Positions 24,545 to 37,708 are shown, counted from the first letter of the whole stretch. The stretch: 62,823 nucleotides of DNA, filler included, from Diploschistes diacapsis (GCA_023645945.1; 18 parts of 18 records of this genome joined end to end with filler, not necessarily neighbours in it), one strand, 5' to 3'. The notes: a model not told the origin generated them from the sequence alone. Numbers and translations are program-made.

Positions 24545-24889
24545 NNNNNNNNNNNNNNNNNNNNNNNNNNNNNNNNNNNNNNNNNNNNTTAATTAATTAA
24601 NNNNNNNNNNNNNNNNNNNNNNNNNNNNNNNNNNNNNNNNNNNNATGCTATTATAGCTAATTAACGAACTAAATTTTTTTATCGGATATAATCGTTAAAG
24701 GTAAGTTATAGTGTTTTTAAACATATTTATAAATTAATTAGGCTATTATTTCGACTTTTATATCCTTGTTTTTTATTTTATAAGGGATGTAATACCTTTC
24801 TTTTAATATGCGATAAATTATTATTATAATAATGTTATTCCGTTCCGAGTTCTCGGGAAACTCGATTATAAAATTTATCGAAATATCTG

Positions 24890-25142
24890 TTTACGTGAAA
24901 CGCCAGCGCAGGAAAGGATGCTACTCTACCGGGGGCTGGGCCTGATCCAAAAGGATTAGGTGTAGCTTGGGTATCTGCAGGTAAAAGGTCTCGATTCGAA
25001 AAACTGAAGAAGAAATATTTAAGTGGGAAGAGGGCACCGTTAAGTAGTATGGATGTTAGACCTATCGGGGTTCGGGGACTACCCGGTTACACAGCCACCC
25101 CCTGACCCTGCCGTGTCTTGGCAAGCACCTGGGCATTAACCC
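24890..25142 (-). mobile_element. LTR-like repeat (family B), interrupted by a hAT-like MITE
   Basis: Reverse complement of about 3290-3560. The MITE begins inside the 34-bp tandem unit. Confidence 0.6.
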
Positions 25143-25742
25143 TAGGCTGGCCGTCACTGACACTGACACTAACAGTGTCAGTGTCCGTGTTTTAGATTTT
25201 TTTGCTGCGGTGTCCGTGTCCGTGGATTCACGGAAATGTAGTATCCGTATTAATGTCCGTGTTTTAAATTTTTTAATTACGGTATCCGTATCCGTGGATT
25301 TACGGAAATATAATGTCCGTATTAATATCCGTATTTTAAAAATTTTAATTACGGTGTCCGTGTCCGTATCCGTGTTTTTAAAAATAATTTTTAAAAAATA
25401 AAAACGTGAGAAATAAGCGTAATAATTTTAAAAATATTAAAAAAAAAAAAGTATTTCCATGCTTTTATTATAGTGTAGTGTCCGTATTAATAGATTTACG
25501 GAAATATAATATCCGTGTTAATATCCGTGTTTTAAATTTTTTAATTATAGTGTCCGTGTTAGTATCCGTGTTTTAAATTTCTTAATTGCGGTATCCGTGT
25601 CCGTGAATTTACGGAAATATAGTATCCGTATTAATGTCCGTGTTTGAAAATTTTAGCTATAGTGTCCGTGTCAGTGTCCGTGTTTTGAAAATTTTTGCTG
25701 CAGTGTCCGTTTCAGTGACTGTGGCACGAAAGGGCCAGCCTA
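25143..25742 (+). mobile_element. hAT-like non-autonomous element (MITE), 600 bp
   Basis: TIR TAGGCTGGCC...GGCCAGCCTA. The interior is an array of GTGTCCGT/GTGTCAGT motifs with AT spacers. Confidence 0.8.
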
Positions 25743-26829
25743 ACGCCCCCAATATATCTATAATATAGACGAATTAAATTTTAATATTAATAATAATTCT
25801 ATTTTTAAAAGTTGCGTTTCGAATTAAACAAACTCGAATTAAAAGATTATTAAAAAAGATAAAAATAAATAACTATGATCGAATATATTTTAACTATTAA
25901 CGGGGTATTATCGNNNNNNNNNNNNNNNNNNNNNNNNNNNNNNNNNNNNNNNNNNNNTTAATTAATTAANNNNNNNNNNNNNNNNNNNNNNNNNNNNNNN
26001 NNNNNNNNNNNNNCATTTATATCGTTGCTGTTTTTAAAGATAAATGAATGACTTATAGTTAGTATTTTAACAATAGTATAGAATATAATTTTCTATAATA
26101 GAAACGAAAGAAGTCGAATGGTTTAATAACGGTTCAGTTAAATTTCGATGATTATCGGAAGTATCGAGATGATTCAACGGGAATAAGTTGAATGTCGATG
26201 ATTGTTAAAGGTATCGAGATGATTTAATAAGGTTTAGTTAAATTTCGATTGTTATCGAGGATATCGAATAGATTTAGTAATAGGCACGGCTGACTGTCGA
26301 TGATTAATAAAAGATCGATAGAGTTTAGCGTAAATTTAATTGAATTTCGATATTATCGAAGAAAGAAAGGGATCGTGTTATGATCTCTATCTCTACAACG
26401 TAGACACGAGGTATTGATCAAGGTGGGTTTGGTCTCTGGTAGAAGAGGAGTATGGAAGGAGAAAAAGTAAATCGGTAATAGGTCTATTCTGATTTCTAAA
26501 AAAATTGCTTTCTATAAATAGAAAATAACGAATATAAATTAATCTCGAATAATCGCTAAAGATATTTATAAAAATAAATATATCTCGATTTATAAAAACC
26601 ATAACGCGTTCTTATATAACTAATTACTTTTTAACGGAATAAATCAGTAAATAAATAGAATTACCGTTCTCCCGTTCTACTTATAGAAAGTAAAATAGTT
26701 TCCAAGGCTTTCTACTTATTACGTGACCAGTATCACCATGATTAGACTATATATAAGGAATGATTAGGTTAGGCCCGATCAGCTATAAAGTACCAAGTGG
26801 ACTACCACCTAGTTACTTGGATCGTAACA

Positions 26830-27281
26830 AATTATTAATAAGATACGTAAAAAAGTCCGCTCGAATAATAGAAATAAATATCTCGTTAAAATCGATTTTT
26901 TGCTTCTACGAGAACCTTCTTGCGATTAATTTAGCCTTAAATTTCTCAATATCGTTATTAAGATTATATTTTACGTCGAATACTTATTTAAAGCTTATTA
27001 TGTTGGTATTCTGTGGTTCAGGTAGTTTAATCTAGATCTGATTCAATAATAAAGAATCGATCTATTTCCTTATTACTTCCTTCCATTCTTTATTAAAAAT
27101 TGGGTTATTCACGGCTTCTTTATAGCTTTTTAAAATACTAATTCGAGATAATCTTGGTTTAATATCGTTAATCATTTCTTACTTACTAGCGATTAGTACG
27201 ATAAGGCTTCTTAAAGTTTTAACCGACGAGTACTTTTTATTATCCCGTTCTCGTTTAGTAGTAATAAAGGTCGTATTAAAT
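26830..27281 (-). mobile_element. RIPed Ty1/copia reverse transcriptase fragment
   Basis: Translates as YKEAVNNP..KEWKEVIRK*IDSL...FK*VFDVK...EKFKAKLIARRFS*KQKIDFNEIF, matching the RVT_2-type KARLVARGFSQ..G.DF.ETF motif. Confidence 0.85.
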
Positions 27282-27391
27282 NNNNNNNNNNNNNNNNNNN
27301 NNNNNNNNNNNNNNNNNNNNNNNNNTTAATTAATTAANNNNNNNNNNNNNNNNNNNNNNNNNNNNNNNNNNNNNNNNNNNNCTTTTTGATA

Positions 27392-28270
27392 ACGTGTTTC
27401 ACGGGGATTCCGGCCACCCCCAGATTCCGGCCATTTTAAATCATTATTTTTATCTTACATTCGATCTTTCTCAACAATAATTATCTCGTATAATAATAAT
27501 TCGATTTTAATAGAATTTAATATCAACGAATGTTTACAGGTCCTAAAATCATAATAATATATTAACATTCGAGAAACTACCCGCGTATTTAAAATATCTC
27601 GATCGACCATTATGGATCGATTCGATAGAACTTAATCTCGTTCTAATAACCACGAAACGATTTAAATCCTTTTAAATTCGGAAGAAAAGACATTAATACG
27701 ATAGATTATACGTTTTATATAAACTAGCTTTCCTACATCGCCTACGTTAATAATAGAAATGGCCGAAAAGATTCGACGCGAAAAAATTCAATTCGATTCG
27801 AATCTAGAAATCACGATCGCGAATCTTTAACCTATCGATAAAAATTAGGTATCGCGATTTCGCAAACGATTTCCTAAAATTACTAATATCTAGACGAGAT
27901 AAATCGAATCGAATAAATTTAATACGATAAATTACGAGACTATATAACAGTAATTCGATACAATAATAATTTAATATAATAAAAAACAATACTCGCCCGA
28001 ATACATCTAGAATATAAACGAGTTAGGTTTTAATATTAATAATAGTTTTTTTTTAAAGCCTTCGTTTCGAGTCGAACAGACTCGAATTAAAAAGTTATTA
28101 AAAAAAACAAAAATAAGTAATTACGATCGAATATATTTTAATTATTAGCAGGATATTACCGTCTATAATCATTTTTAAAATATTATATATCAATATTAAT
28201 TAAATTCTAGTCGAAACGTCTCGAAACTAACTGTTTAATATTAATAATAAAAAATAAAAAATAAATAAAC
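27392..28270 (+). mobile_element. RIPed Fot1/pogo (Tc1-mariner) transposon: 5' TIR plus transposase N-terminus
   Basis: TA|ACGTGTTTCACGGGGATTCCGGCCACCCCCAGATTCCGGCC TIR. HTH peptide NIRETTRVFKISRSTIMDR and RIPed DDE-domain start (N.NELGF, VITIEYI...LPSIIIFK). Confidence 0.85.
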
Positions 28271-28273
28271 ACG

Positions 28274-28649
28274 GTTATTATTTATTTATTTATTTAATCT
28301 TATTCTAATCTATCCTTCGGAGGGCATGTAGGACTAACTATGCGTCTTCTCTAGGGAAAAACCTTTGGGGTGCTAAAACCCTAGAATTCGACTCTTACCG
28401 CTTTATTGGCGATTCGGTTCCCATCCGTTCCTACGCCGTTTATAATACCTCGTCGGGATATTATTACTTAACTAACCGGGGTATCGTAAAGTAGAAAAAA
28501 CGCGAGATTATATTAAATTAAACGGTTTATGCGTATCATCCAGCCGGAAAGGATTCGGATCCTTTACGGGTCTATCGTTAACTATTTTTAGTCTAATTTT
28601 TTTTAATTTCTTAATTTTTTTTTATTATATAGGATATAGAAAATGATTA
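28274..28649 (-). mobile_element. 3' end of a Tad1-like LINE with a (TAAA)n tail
   Basis: (TTTA)n run at about 28274-28296, preceded on the minus strand by a 3' UTR and a WMIRINRLI*YNLA-like ORF2 terminus. Confidence 0.55.
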
Positions 28650-28892
28650 NNNNNNNNNNNNNNNNNNNNNNNNNNNNNNNNNNNNNNNNNNNNTTAATTA
28701 ATTAANNNNNNNNNNNNNNNNNNNNNNNNNNNNNNNNNNNNNNNNNNNNTTTAAAGCCTTCGTTTCGAGTTAAACAGAATCGAATCAAAAAGTTATTAAA
28801 AAAATAAAAATAAGTAATTACGATCGAATGTATTTTAGTTATTAACGAGGTATTACCGTTTATAATTATTTTTAAAATAACGTATATGTATA

Positions 28893-30015
28893 ACGAGCGG
28901 ACACTCATAGCGAACGGATACCCCCCATTTAATTTTACGAACTTTTAATTTTTATATCAATTTTTTACGCGTACGATCATGGAATCATCTTTAATTAAAA
29001 ATAAATCATAATAGCACTTTAAACTATTAAATAAGACCTAAATCTTCATATAAAACGCGTATTTTAGATATATAAGATTCTTCGTACGACGACCATTACT
29101 TAACGCGATGGTCGTACTTCAAAACACGATATCTTAGTTAACTCAATAAATTTAAATCTATTAAAAGAGGAGACGATTTTTGTAGTGTGTATTCAAATCA
29201 TTCTATGTGTAGAAGATAGATTGCTAAAAGCTAGGTGGGCAGCGAGTCCTTATAGCTACTACAATAGCTGCTAAGTGGGTGGATGCCCAATGGCATCATC
29301 ACCCATGGCGTCACGAGCGACGGCGGCGAGGGCAGGAGCAAGCGACACCCCTAGTAGCTCAATAGCTACTACAATTTTTGAACGTACGATTAATCTAATC
29401 GAATATAGTTTTCCGCCGCGATAAAACGATATACGCGACATGGCCAACTTAATGCGCGTAATTCGAAATACGCCGCCAATCGGACCACGATAAGCACAAA
29501 ATTTCGTACGATAATAAAAAATGTTTAAAATACGTTATTAAAAAGTATTAATTAAAAATTTATAAATCGTACGAAACTAATTCGACCTCGTACGTAACGT
29601 AATTAATAAATATAATATTCTCGATTCGAATACAACGAAACCGGCTTTCTTATAGGAATGTTGAGTTATATAAAGGTCGTAATTACTTTAAATCGCAAAA
29701 ATAGATCTCGTACGAAACAACCCGATAATCGAAAATTAATTTCTATTATTTAAACCATTTACGCGACCAATTATACGCTAAATAATAATTCTTAAAACCG
29801 AGATCAAGATATTTCGTACGACGAATAAAGCACTTAATAAGGAAAAAAAATTAAAAAAACGCGCGTACGAGCTAAAAAATTATTTAACGCATCGAAAACA
29901 ATCGCATTACAGTTTTTAAAAATCGAAATTCGTACAGAAAAGATTAATATATTTGAAAATAAAAGTCGTACGAAGGAGGTCAAATTGCGCGTACGACGCT
30001 ATAATAAATATAATT
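28893..30015 (+). mobile_element. Second RIPed pogo/Fot1-like transposon, interrupted by a solo LTR
   Basis: TA|ACGAGCGGACAC terminus. Peptides EETI..ERTINLIEYSFPPR..DIRDMANL, NETGFLIGM and QPDNRKLISII. Confidence 0.75.
29181..29373. mobile_element. Solo LTR, 193 bp, with 5-bp TSD ATTTT
   Basis: TGTAGT...ACTACA inverted termini, with ATTTT at 29176-29180 and 29374-29378. Confidence 0.9.
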
Positions 30016-30115
30016 NNNNNNNNNNNNNNNNNNNNNNNNNNNNNNNNNNNNNNNNNNNNTTAATTAATTAANNNNNNNNNNNNNNNNNNNNNNNNNNNNN
30101 NNNNNNNNNNNNNNN

Positions 30116-31381
30116 TACTAAATATTTAAGGGATTGATTATAAAAATCATTCGATTTCTTTTTATTCGTTTCGCAAGCGGGTTTAAAACGAAAATCTCGT
30201 TAAATTCGATACGGGTAATTTTCGCGGATATAAAAATATTTAAAAAAAAAATAAGATATCTTTACGATTATAAAATTTCGTTAATCTTAATATTAACGAT
30301 TTACGCGCGGTATTTCGTTACTACCGTTCTATCGTTTTCGTCGAAACGGTTTTACGACACGAAACGTAAACGCGTAGGTAATTAATAAAAAAGAAAAACG
30401 AAAGGAAATAATTATAATTAATAAGGGAGTAAACTATATTACGTTATTTAATTAAAGATATAGCGGACGGGGTTCTTACGAGACGTGATCGGTTTATTAT
30501 CGAAAGATTGTTATAAATAACGCGAAACGGAAGATCTTCGGATCTTACGCCGGGCGTGATATATAATAATAACGATTATTGGCCTTAGAGATCTTATTTT
30601 TTTATTAAATTCTAACTTCTAATGCGTCTTAAAGGGAAGGAAATCATACTTCCGCCGAAGATATTATTTATATAACCCGAAAGGACGGACGCGTACGTCG
30701 GTATATCGAGAAATTTAAACGCTTAGACGTAAATAGACGAGACGTGCTTAAAAAATAAATCGGGGGGGATTCAAGTACGGATAAGCTTCGCTTACTTAAA
30801 CGTACAGAAGCAGGCGATGGGCATAGGACCCTAAGATCCCATACTATACTAAAAACTAACGCGGAATTCCCGATCCGCGTATAATATCTTAAAATATTAT
30901 GTTTTTTCTTGGCACACGGCGCCGGGGTTCGATAAATTTCTGATTCCCTTTCTAAAAGCGATGAGAGAAAGGTAATATACCGTCGCGGTATCGCTGGCGA
31001 ACGTCTGTTAGAGAGCGGGTTACTTTACGGAATCGTTCCGGACGGTAAGAATAATGGTCTTACGCAAGCCGGGGAAGGAACGATACGACGAATCGAAAAC
31101 ATAGCGCCCGATTGCCTTATTTAGTACGATAAATAAAATAATCGAAAAAACATTCGTAAACCTAATAAAAAACGTAATCGAAAAAAAATAACTTCTTTCT
31201 TATATCTAAATAAGCGGCCGGAGAAGCCGCTCGATAAAAACGGCGGTAAAATTATTAATAAAATAAATTTATATTATTTAAAACACGGGATCGGGAAAAA
31301 ATATAATAATATTATTATTACTAGATATCGCCGGGGTATTTAATACGATAAATTATACCCGGTTTTTAAACGTACTATGAG
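30116..31381 (+). mobile_element. RIPed Tad1-like LINE ORF2 (reverse transcriptase region)
   Basis: Peptides TAPGFDK, MVLRKPGKERYDESKT*RPIALFSTINKIIEK, *ISGRRSRS and LDIAGVFNTINY (RIPed LDIAGAFD.V.H). Confidence 0.88.
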
Positions 31382-31674
31382 NNNNNNNNNNNNNNNNNNN
31401 NNNNNNNNNNNNNNNNNNNNNNNNNTTAATTAATTAANNNNNNNNNNNNNNNNNNNNNNNNNNNNNNNNNNNNNNNNNNNNGAACTACTTTAAACTATTT
31501 TTATTAAATAGGATCAAGGACCCTATCAATCGCTCGCTATTAACCTATCAAAATTAAAAATTCGTAAAACAGGACTTCCATCAATTAATTCAGAACTTTA
31601 AAGCATATTATATTATGCTAAAAAAATAATTAGATAATAAACTACCGGATATAATAAAAATACTAATATTTATA

Positions 31675-31716
31675 ACGTGTTTCACGGGGATTCCGGCCAC
31701 CCCCAGATTCCGGCCA
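31675..31716. mobile_element. Fot1/pogo TIR, probably the opposite end of the 27392 family
   Basis: Same TA|ACGTGTTTCACGGGGATTCCGGCCACCCCCAGATTCCGGCC followed by a different interior. Confidence 0.8.
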
Positions 31717-31983
31717 CTTTTGCCAAGAAATAGTTTAAATCTTCAATAATTCTTCGAAATTATCGTTATTTTTTTTTTCAAAATATTGCTTTTCAATCAA
31801 TTATCTATCATATATAAAAGGTGCATATTGATTGCATCATCAGTTAATTTTTTTAAGCGAATTAAGAATAACGACTCGAAAAAGTGGACTTTTGAATCTT
31901 TTAAAATCAGCTTTAAACAAGCAAAAAGTATGTTATTTAAATGACCTATTATGAGCGGTTTCATGCGTAGATTTCATTAAAAC

Positions 31984-32553
31984 TAGGCTGGCCGTCAGTG
32001 TCAGTGTTTTAGATTTTTTTGCTGCGGTGTCCGTGTCCGTGGATTCACGGAAATGCAGTGTCCGTATCAGTATCCGTATTTTAAATTTTTTAATTGCGAT
32101 GTCCGTGTCCGTAGATTCACGGGAATGCAAGATCCGTATTAATATCCGTGTTTTAAAATTTTTAAATACGATTTCCGTATCCGTGTATTAACCGTAATAT
32201 AATGTCCGTGTCCGTATCCGTGTCCGTGTTTAAAAAAAAAATTTTAAAAATAAAAGCGTGAGAAATAAGCGTGATAATTTTAAAAATATTTAAGAAAAAA
32301 ATTGTTTCCGTGCTTTCACTACAATGCAGTATCCGTGTTAGTAAATTCACGGAAATATAATATCCGTATTAATATCCGTGTTTTAAATTTTTTAATTCGG
32401 GTGTCCGTGTTCGTGGATTTACGAAAATATAATGTCCGTATTAGTATCCGCGTTTTAAAATTTTTAGCTGCGGTGTCCGTGTTAGTATCCGTATTTTAAA
32501 AAATTTTGCTGCGGTGTCCGTGTCAGTGTCCGTGGCACGAAATGGCCAGCCTA
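31984..32553 (+). mobile_element. hAT-like MITE, 570 bp, with perfect 8-bp TSD ATTAAAAC
   Basis: ATTAAAAC (31976-31983)|TAGGCTGGCC...GGCCAGCCTA|ATTAAAAC (32554-32561). Confidence 0.9.
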
Positions 32554-33205
32554 ATTAAAACTATAAAAACAATATTTTTTCCACGTTATACAGTCGTTAT
32601 GTGGCTTTATTCTTCAAAATCCGAAAGATTTTAAATAATTTGGCCACACAACGGCTAGTTTTCGCTTAATCTAAATTTTCTAAAATGACTGAAAAATGAT
32701 GAAAAAGGTCACACAACGACAGTATAACGTCAAAAAAATGCTTTTATNNNNNNNNNNNNNNNNNNNNNNNNNNNNNNNNNNNNNNNNNNNNTTAATTAAT
32801 TAANNNNNNNNNNNNNNNNNNNNNNNNNNNNNNNNNNNNNNNNNNNNTTTTAATAGAGATTAAACCCATTTTAATCTTACTCGTGTATATCTTGTATAGA
32901 TAGAAATTATAATACTTAAATATTCTTAAGAATAAATGTTATTAATAATATAACCGGGCGATCGTTATCGATAATTAAATCCGTACCATTTCGCGCATTT
33001 AGAGTAATAACGCCATTAAATGAAACCGATGTCCTTATAACGGATATTACGGAAGCTAAAAGCGACGACTTTAGAAGTAACGATGAATCTAATAAAAACA
33101 AATTATATAAAGAACCCACTATAAAAGCTATAAAGTTAATAACGTTCTACGGAAATCGAAAGAAATTAAAACATTAGATATTCTAATTCTCAATATACTT
33201 CTATT

Positions 33206-33817
33206 TAGGCTGGCCGTTTCGTGCCACGGTCACTGACACGGATACTGCAGCAAAAATTTTTAAAACACGGACACTGACACGGACACGACAATTAAAATTT
33301 TAAAACACGGATACTGACACGGACACTACCTTTCCGTGAATCCACGGACACGGACACCGCAATTAAAAAATTTAAAACACGGATACTGACACGGATACTA
33401 TAATTAAAAAATTTAAAACACGGACACTGACACGGATACTATATTTCCGTAAATTTATTAACACGGACACTGCACTGCAGTAAAAGCACTGAAACACTTT
33501 TTTTTTTTTTAATATTTTTAAAATTATCACGCTTATTTCTCACGTTTTTATTTTTTAAAAATTATTTTTAAAAACACGGACACGGACACCAACATCGTAA
33601 TTAACATTTTTGAAACACGGACACTACATTTCCGTAAATCCACGGACACGGACACCGCAATTAAAAAATCTAAAACACGGACACTGATACGGACACTACA
33701 TTTCCGTGAATCCACGGACACGGACACCGTAGCAAAAAAATCTAAAACACGGACACTGACACTGTCAGTGTCCGTGTCACTGACACGGCCGTGTCAGTGT
33801 CAGTGACGGCCAGCCTA
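33206..33817 (-). mobile_element. hAT-like MITE, 612 bp, among the least RIPed copies
   Basis: Both TIRs are present and it is the reverse complement of the 25143 and 31984 copies. No clean TSD. Confidence 0.85.
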
Positions 33818-34213
33818 CTTTTCAATTTATGAAACTAGAATCAAGATCGAGGCAGCGGTTTATCTAACGATAGATTACCTCGGATAATTAATTAAAAAGA
33901 TTAAAAAAGAAAGTTTATATATTACGACGGATATCTCAAAAATCGCATACGAGAAAGAATAAGAATCGATAAAAGAACTTACACGAAACTATAAACAAAA
34001 ACTATTACATATCGGTAACGTTATTAAAAAAATAAAAAAATTATAAAAAAACAATTTATAAAATCTATTTATTTTAAAGATATATACGGATCTCCCGAGA
34101 TCTATATAAAGATNNNNNNNNNNNNNNNNNNNNNNNNNNNNNNNNNNNNNNNNNNNNTTAATTAATTAANNNNNNNNNNNNNNNNNNNNNNNNNNNNNNN
34201 NNNNNNNNNNNNN

Positions 34214-34426
34214 GATACTTTAAATGCGCGAGCAGTCTTTCGAATGTTAATATATTATTATAACGTTAATTTTAGGGCCTATAAACAGTCGTTGATATTA
34301 AATTTTATTAAAATCGAATTATTATTATGCGAGATAATTATTATTAAGAAAGATCGAATATAAGATGAAAATAGTGATTTAAGGTGGCCCGAATCTGGGG
34401 GTGGCCGGAATCCCCGTGAAACACGT
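34214..34426 (-). mobile_element. Fot1/pogo 5' end (same family as 27392)
   Basis: Reverse complement of about 27392-27600, ending ...ACACGT|TA. Confidence 0.85.
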
Positions 34427-35140
34427 TATCTAGTTTCTTTATTTCGCTGGTTTAATAAGTAGTTTAATATCTTTGTTTTTTTGGGGGGTTTACTGTAATC
34501 TATAAGGCTGATTAATAAACTTTTTATAAAAGAGATATATTGATTATAATGTTGACGTAGGTTTTCGAGCTTTTTTCGAGATACGAAAATAAGTTCTTTT
34601 AGATTTATAATCGATGTATAGACTTTTTAACATGTTTTAAGAGAGGCTTAGCGTCTTATCGATTCGAAAATAGTCATTACGTGAACTTCGATGACAAATT
34701 CAGCTATATACTGTTTCAATCCCTCCCGGAACAATATGTGCGCAGAACTTACGCTGAGTACAGAACATACGGAGACAGATCGGAGTTACTCACGTGACTT
34801 CAGAGTCTTAGGATAGTGATCGGTATTTAAAGTTCCCACCTATTAATGAGATCCAGACTTTTGAGCATGTCAATCAACATCTACCTACCTAGCCACTTAT
34901 CTCACTCCAACCACCTTCCTACCTATTTACTCAATTAGCTACCGAACCGCCTACCTCAGCATTTATAAGTATAATGTATCTATATTAATATCCACCTGCC
35001 CGCTTATTTAACGAATTATCTAGATATCTTTATTTAAATATCTCTCTAAGCATTCGTCATTATTTCTAAAATAAGTTTAATATAGACTCGGGTATAGCGT
35101 AATAATGCTATTACATTAGTTCCAGCAGAATAAAAGAGAA

Positions 35141-35438
35141 TCCATCACGAAAAGTTTTTGTCGGCGAAACACCGCGAAAATCCGCGAGGTTGGCGAAACT
35201 GGCGAAACCGGCAAGGTGGGCGACAGATAATGCGTTCAAGCGACTCGCCAACTTTCGCCAAAAGGTTTGGCGAAACACGGCGAAACCGGCGAAACCGGCG
35301 AAACCGGCGAAACTGGCAAAACTGGCGAAACTGGCGAAAGCTGGCGAAGATGGCGAGGCCAATCATTTTTTTACTAATATATTACGTAAGCAAAAAAATA
35401 AATAAATGATTATATAATCATAATTACTTAATTATTTA

Positions 35439-35469
<31 letters not shown>

Positions 35470-35479
35470 TATTAAGTAT
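35141..35479 (+). mobile_element. Second copy of the (CTGGCGAAA)n subterminal-array element end
   Basis: Reverse complement of 2743-3099. Confidence 0.65.
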
Positions 35480-35875
35480 NNNNNNNNNNNNNNNNNNNNN
35501 NNNNNNNNNNNNNNNNNNNNNNNTTAATTAATTAANNNNNNNNNNNNNNNNNNNNNNNNNNNNNNNNNNNNNNNNNNNNATTCAAAAGAACGCGGGACTT
35601 TATTACGCTAGCATAAGATGTATTTAAATAAGAAATATTTAGATCTAAATATCATTTATTTATATAAGCTAAGGAAAAACCTTCGACCCCTTTTTTTTCC
35701 TCGACAATAATCGAAGTTCAGCTGAACCGACGCTGAATTTCATCGATTCTTTATCAACCTTCGAAATCCAGTTGAATTATCTTCGTTATTAAACCTATTC
35801 GATCCTTTATTAATCGTCGAAATTCAACCGAATCATTATCTTCGTTAAATCTACTCGACTTCTCCGATAATTATC

Positions 35876-36039
35876 TGTTACGATCCAAGTAGCTAGGACG
35901 TAGCCACTTGGCACGTCACAGCTTACTGGAGGCACTCCCAACAATTCTTTGTATGTAGCCAGGTCACGTGACTGACAGACATCCAGCGACAGATATCTGT
36001 CAGGGACAGATCTGTCTGGACAGCCATTTGTTAGTAACA
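35876..36039. mobile_element. LTR related to family C
   Basis: TGTTAC...GTAACA termini. Begins TGTTACGATCCAAGT, the reverse complement of the 551 and 26829 ends. Confidence 0.6.
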
Positions 36040-36944
36040 GCGCTGTCACGATAGTTCTGTTGTCGGCGACTAGCTGTTATTTTGGATTATATAGAGCACC
36101 GCTATAGCCTTTTTGGTTAAGGGCGTGTTCACTTTCATAAATATCTTTAATTATTGCTCGAGATTAATCTATATTCGTTATTTTTATTAATATAGAGCTT
36201 TTTTTAGAGATCAGTACGGATCTATAATTGATTTTTTTTTCTTGACTGCAACTCCTCTTCTATTAAAGACTGTTTTTATTTTAATTAATACCTCGTGTCT
36301 ATTTTATAGAGATAAAGATTATAACACTTAAACACCTTTAAGAATAAATATAAAAGATAATATAACCGGGAAATCGTTCTTAAAAATTCGATTATTATTA
36401 GTTTCGATACCGCATAAATAAATAATAATATCAAAAAAACTGACGTCTAAATAATTAACAGCGCGGAAGTTAAAAAAACGACCCCAGAAATAACGATAAA
36501 GTAAACGATAACCTATCGAAGTTTAAAGTTAAGAAATTAGATAAATATTACGGAAATCGTAAGAAGCTTAAGTCTTAATTCTTGCAACTCGCGGTCAATT
36601 TCTTTTGAGATATTTTATATTATAGGCGTTAAAGGCGAACGAACCGTTTATATTATAAACTTTATGCGTGATCACGCGTTCATATGGATGAAACTATATT
36701 TCCAGACGTATCTATTACGATTAAAAAAGGTTTCCGGAATATTAACGATTATAATAAATTCGTGAAATAAATCCGACTAGTTTTCAGTACTATTAACGAT
36801 AAGATATACGCGATTCGAGTTACCAAGATAATCAATTAAAAGAANNNNNNNNNNNNNNNNNNNNNNNNNNNNNNNNNNNNNNNNNNNNTTAATTAATTAA
36901 NNNNNNNNNNNNNNNNNNNNNNNNNNNNNNNNNNNNNNNNNNNN

Positions 36945-37281
36945 CACTAACACGGATATTATAATAAAAAAATTTTCGGCACGAACATTAACACGAATAT
37001 CGTAGTAAAAGATTTTTTAATACGAATATTAATACGAATATTATATTGTAATAAAAGCACGGACACGGATATTATAATTAAAAAATTTAAAATACGGATA
37101 TTTTTATGAATATTATATTATAATAAAAACACGAACACGGATATTACGATTAAAAATTTTAAAACACGGACATTTCCACGGATATTATATTATAATAAAA
37201 GCACGGACACGGACATTACGGCTAAAAATTTAAAACACGGATACTGCCACGGCCGTGTCAGTGTCCGTGACGGCCCGCCTA
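36945..37281 (-). mobile_element. Partial hAT-like MITE (longer-array variant, heavily RIPed)
   Basis: ACACGGA motif array ending GACGGCCCGCCTA. Confidence 0.75.
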
Positions 37282-37380
37282 GATGCTCTAACTTTTTATC
37301 TAAATACTATTTAATAATTATTTAATTATCTAATAAAAAAGAAGCAAAATTCTTAAAGCAAAAAGCAATAAGGGGCTGGG

Positions 37381-37708
37381 TGTAGTAGGGAAAGCAAATT
37401 TTTCTGAAATCCGAGTTTCAGAACAAACTCTAATTCAATCTATTGGACTGAATAAAGAACCAAGCTTTACTAATACTAACTAGTACTGGGACAAAAGGAT
37501 CAAACAATTGATCGTTGCTACCATTTTGACAAAGAAACTTAATAAAAGAAGTGAGTGTCGATTCGTAGCTAATCTAGAGCAAAATCTACTTATATACAGT
37601 AGATGCCAAGCACCATCGTCATAGATGATGCCTCGGCAGCGAGGTCGGCACCACCTGCCAGCAGCAGCAATCCACAAGCATCCACCAGCCAGCCCAGCAG
37701 CTACCACA
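37381..37708 (+). mobile_element. Probable 3' LTR with a polypurine tract
   Basis: Purine-rich AATAAGGGGCTGGG directly before TGTAGT; ends CTACCACA. Confidence 0.5.

Noticed and set aside
25143..25742. CRISPR-like repeat/spacer appearance of the GTGTCCGT arrays
   Set aside because: The context is eukaryotic, the spacers are themselves repetitive, the array is bounded by TIRs and a TSD, and there are no cas genes.
28702..28908. ORF running into Ns and the short AT-rich ORFs in the 1.27-kb contigs
   Set aside because: They cross a linker or are chance frames in RIPed TE debris.
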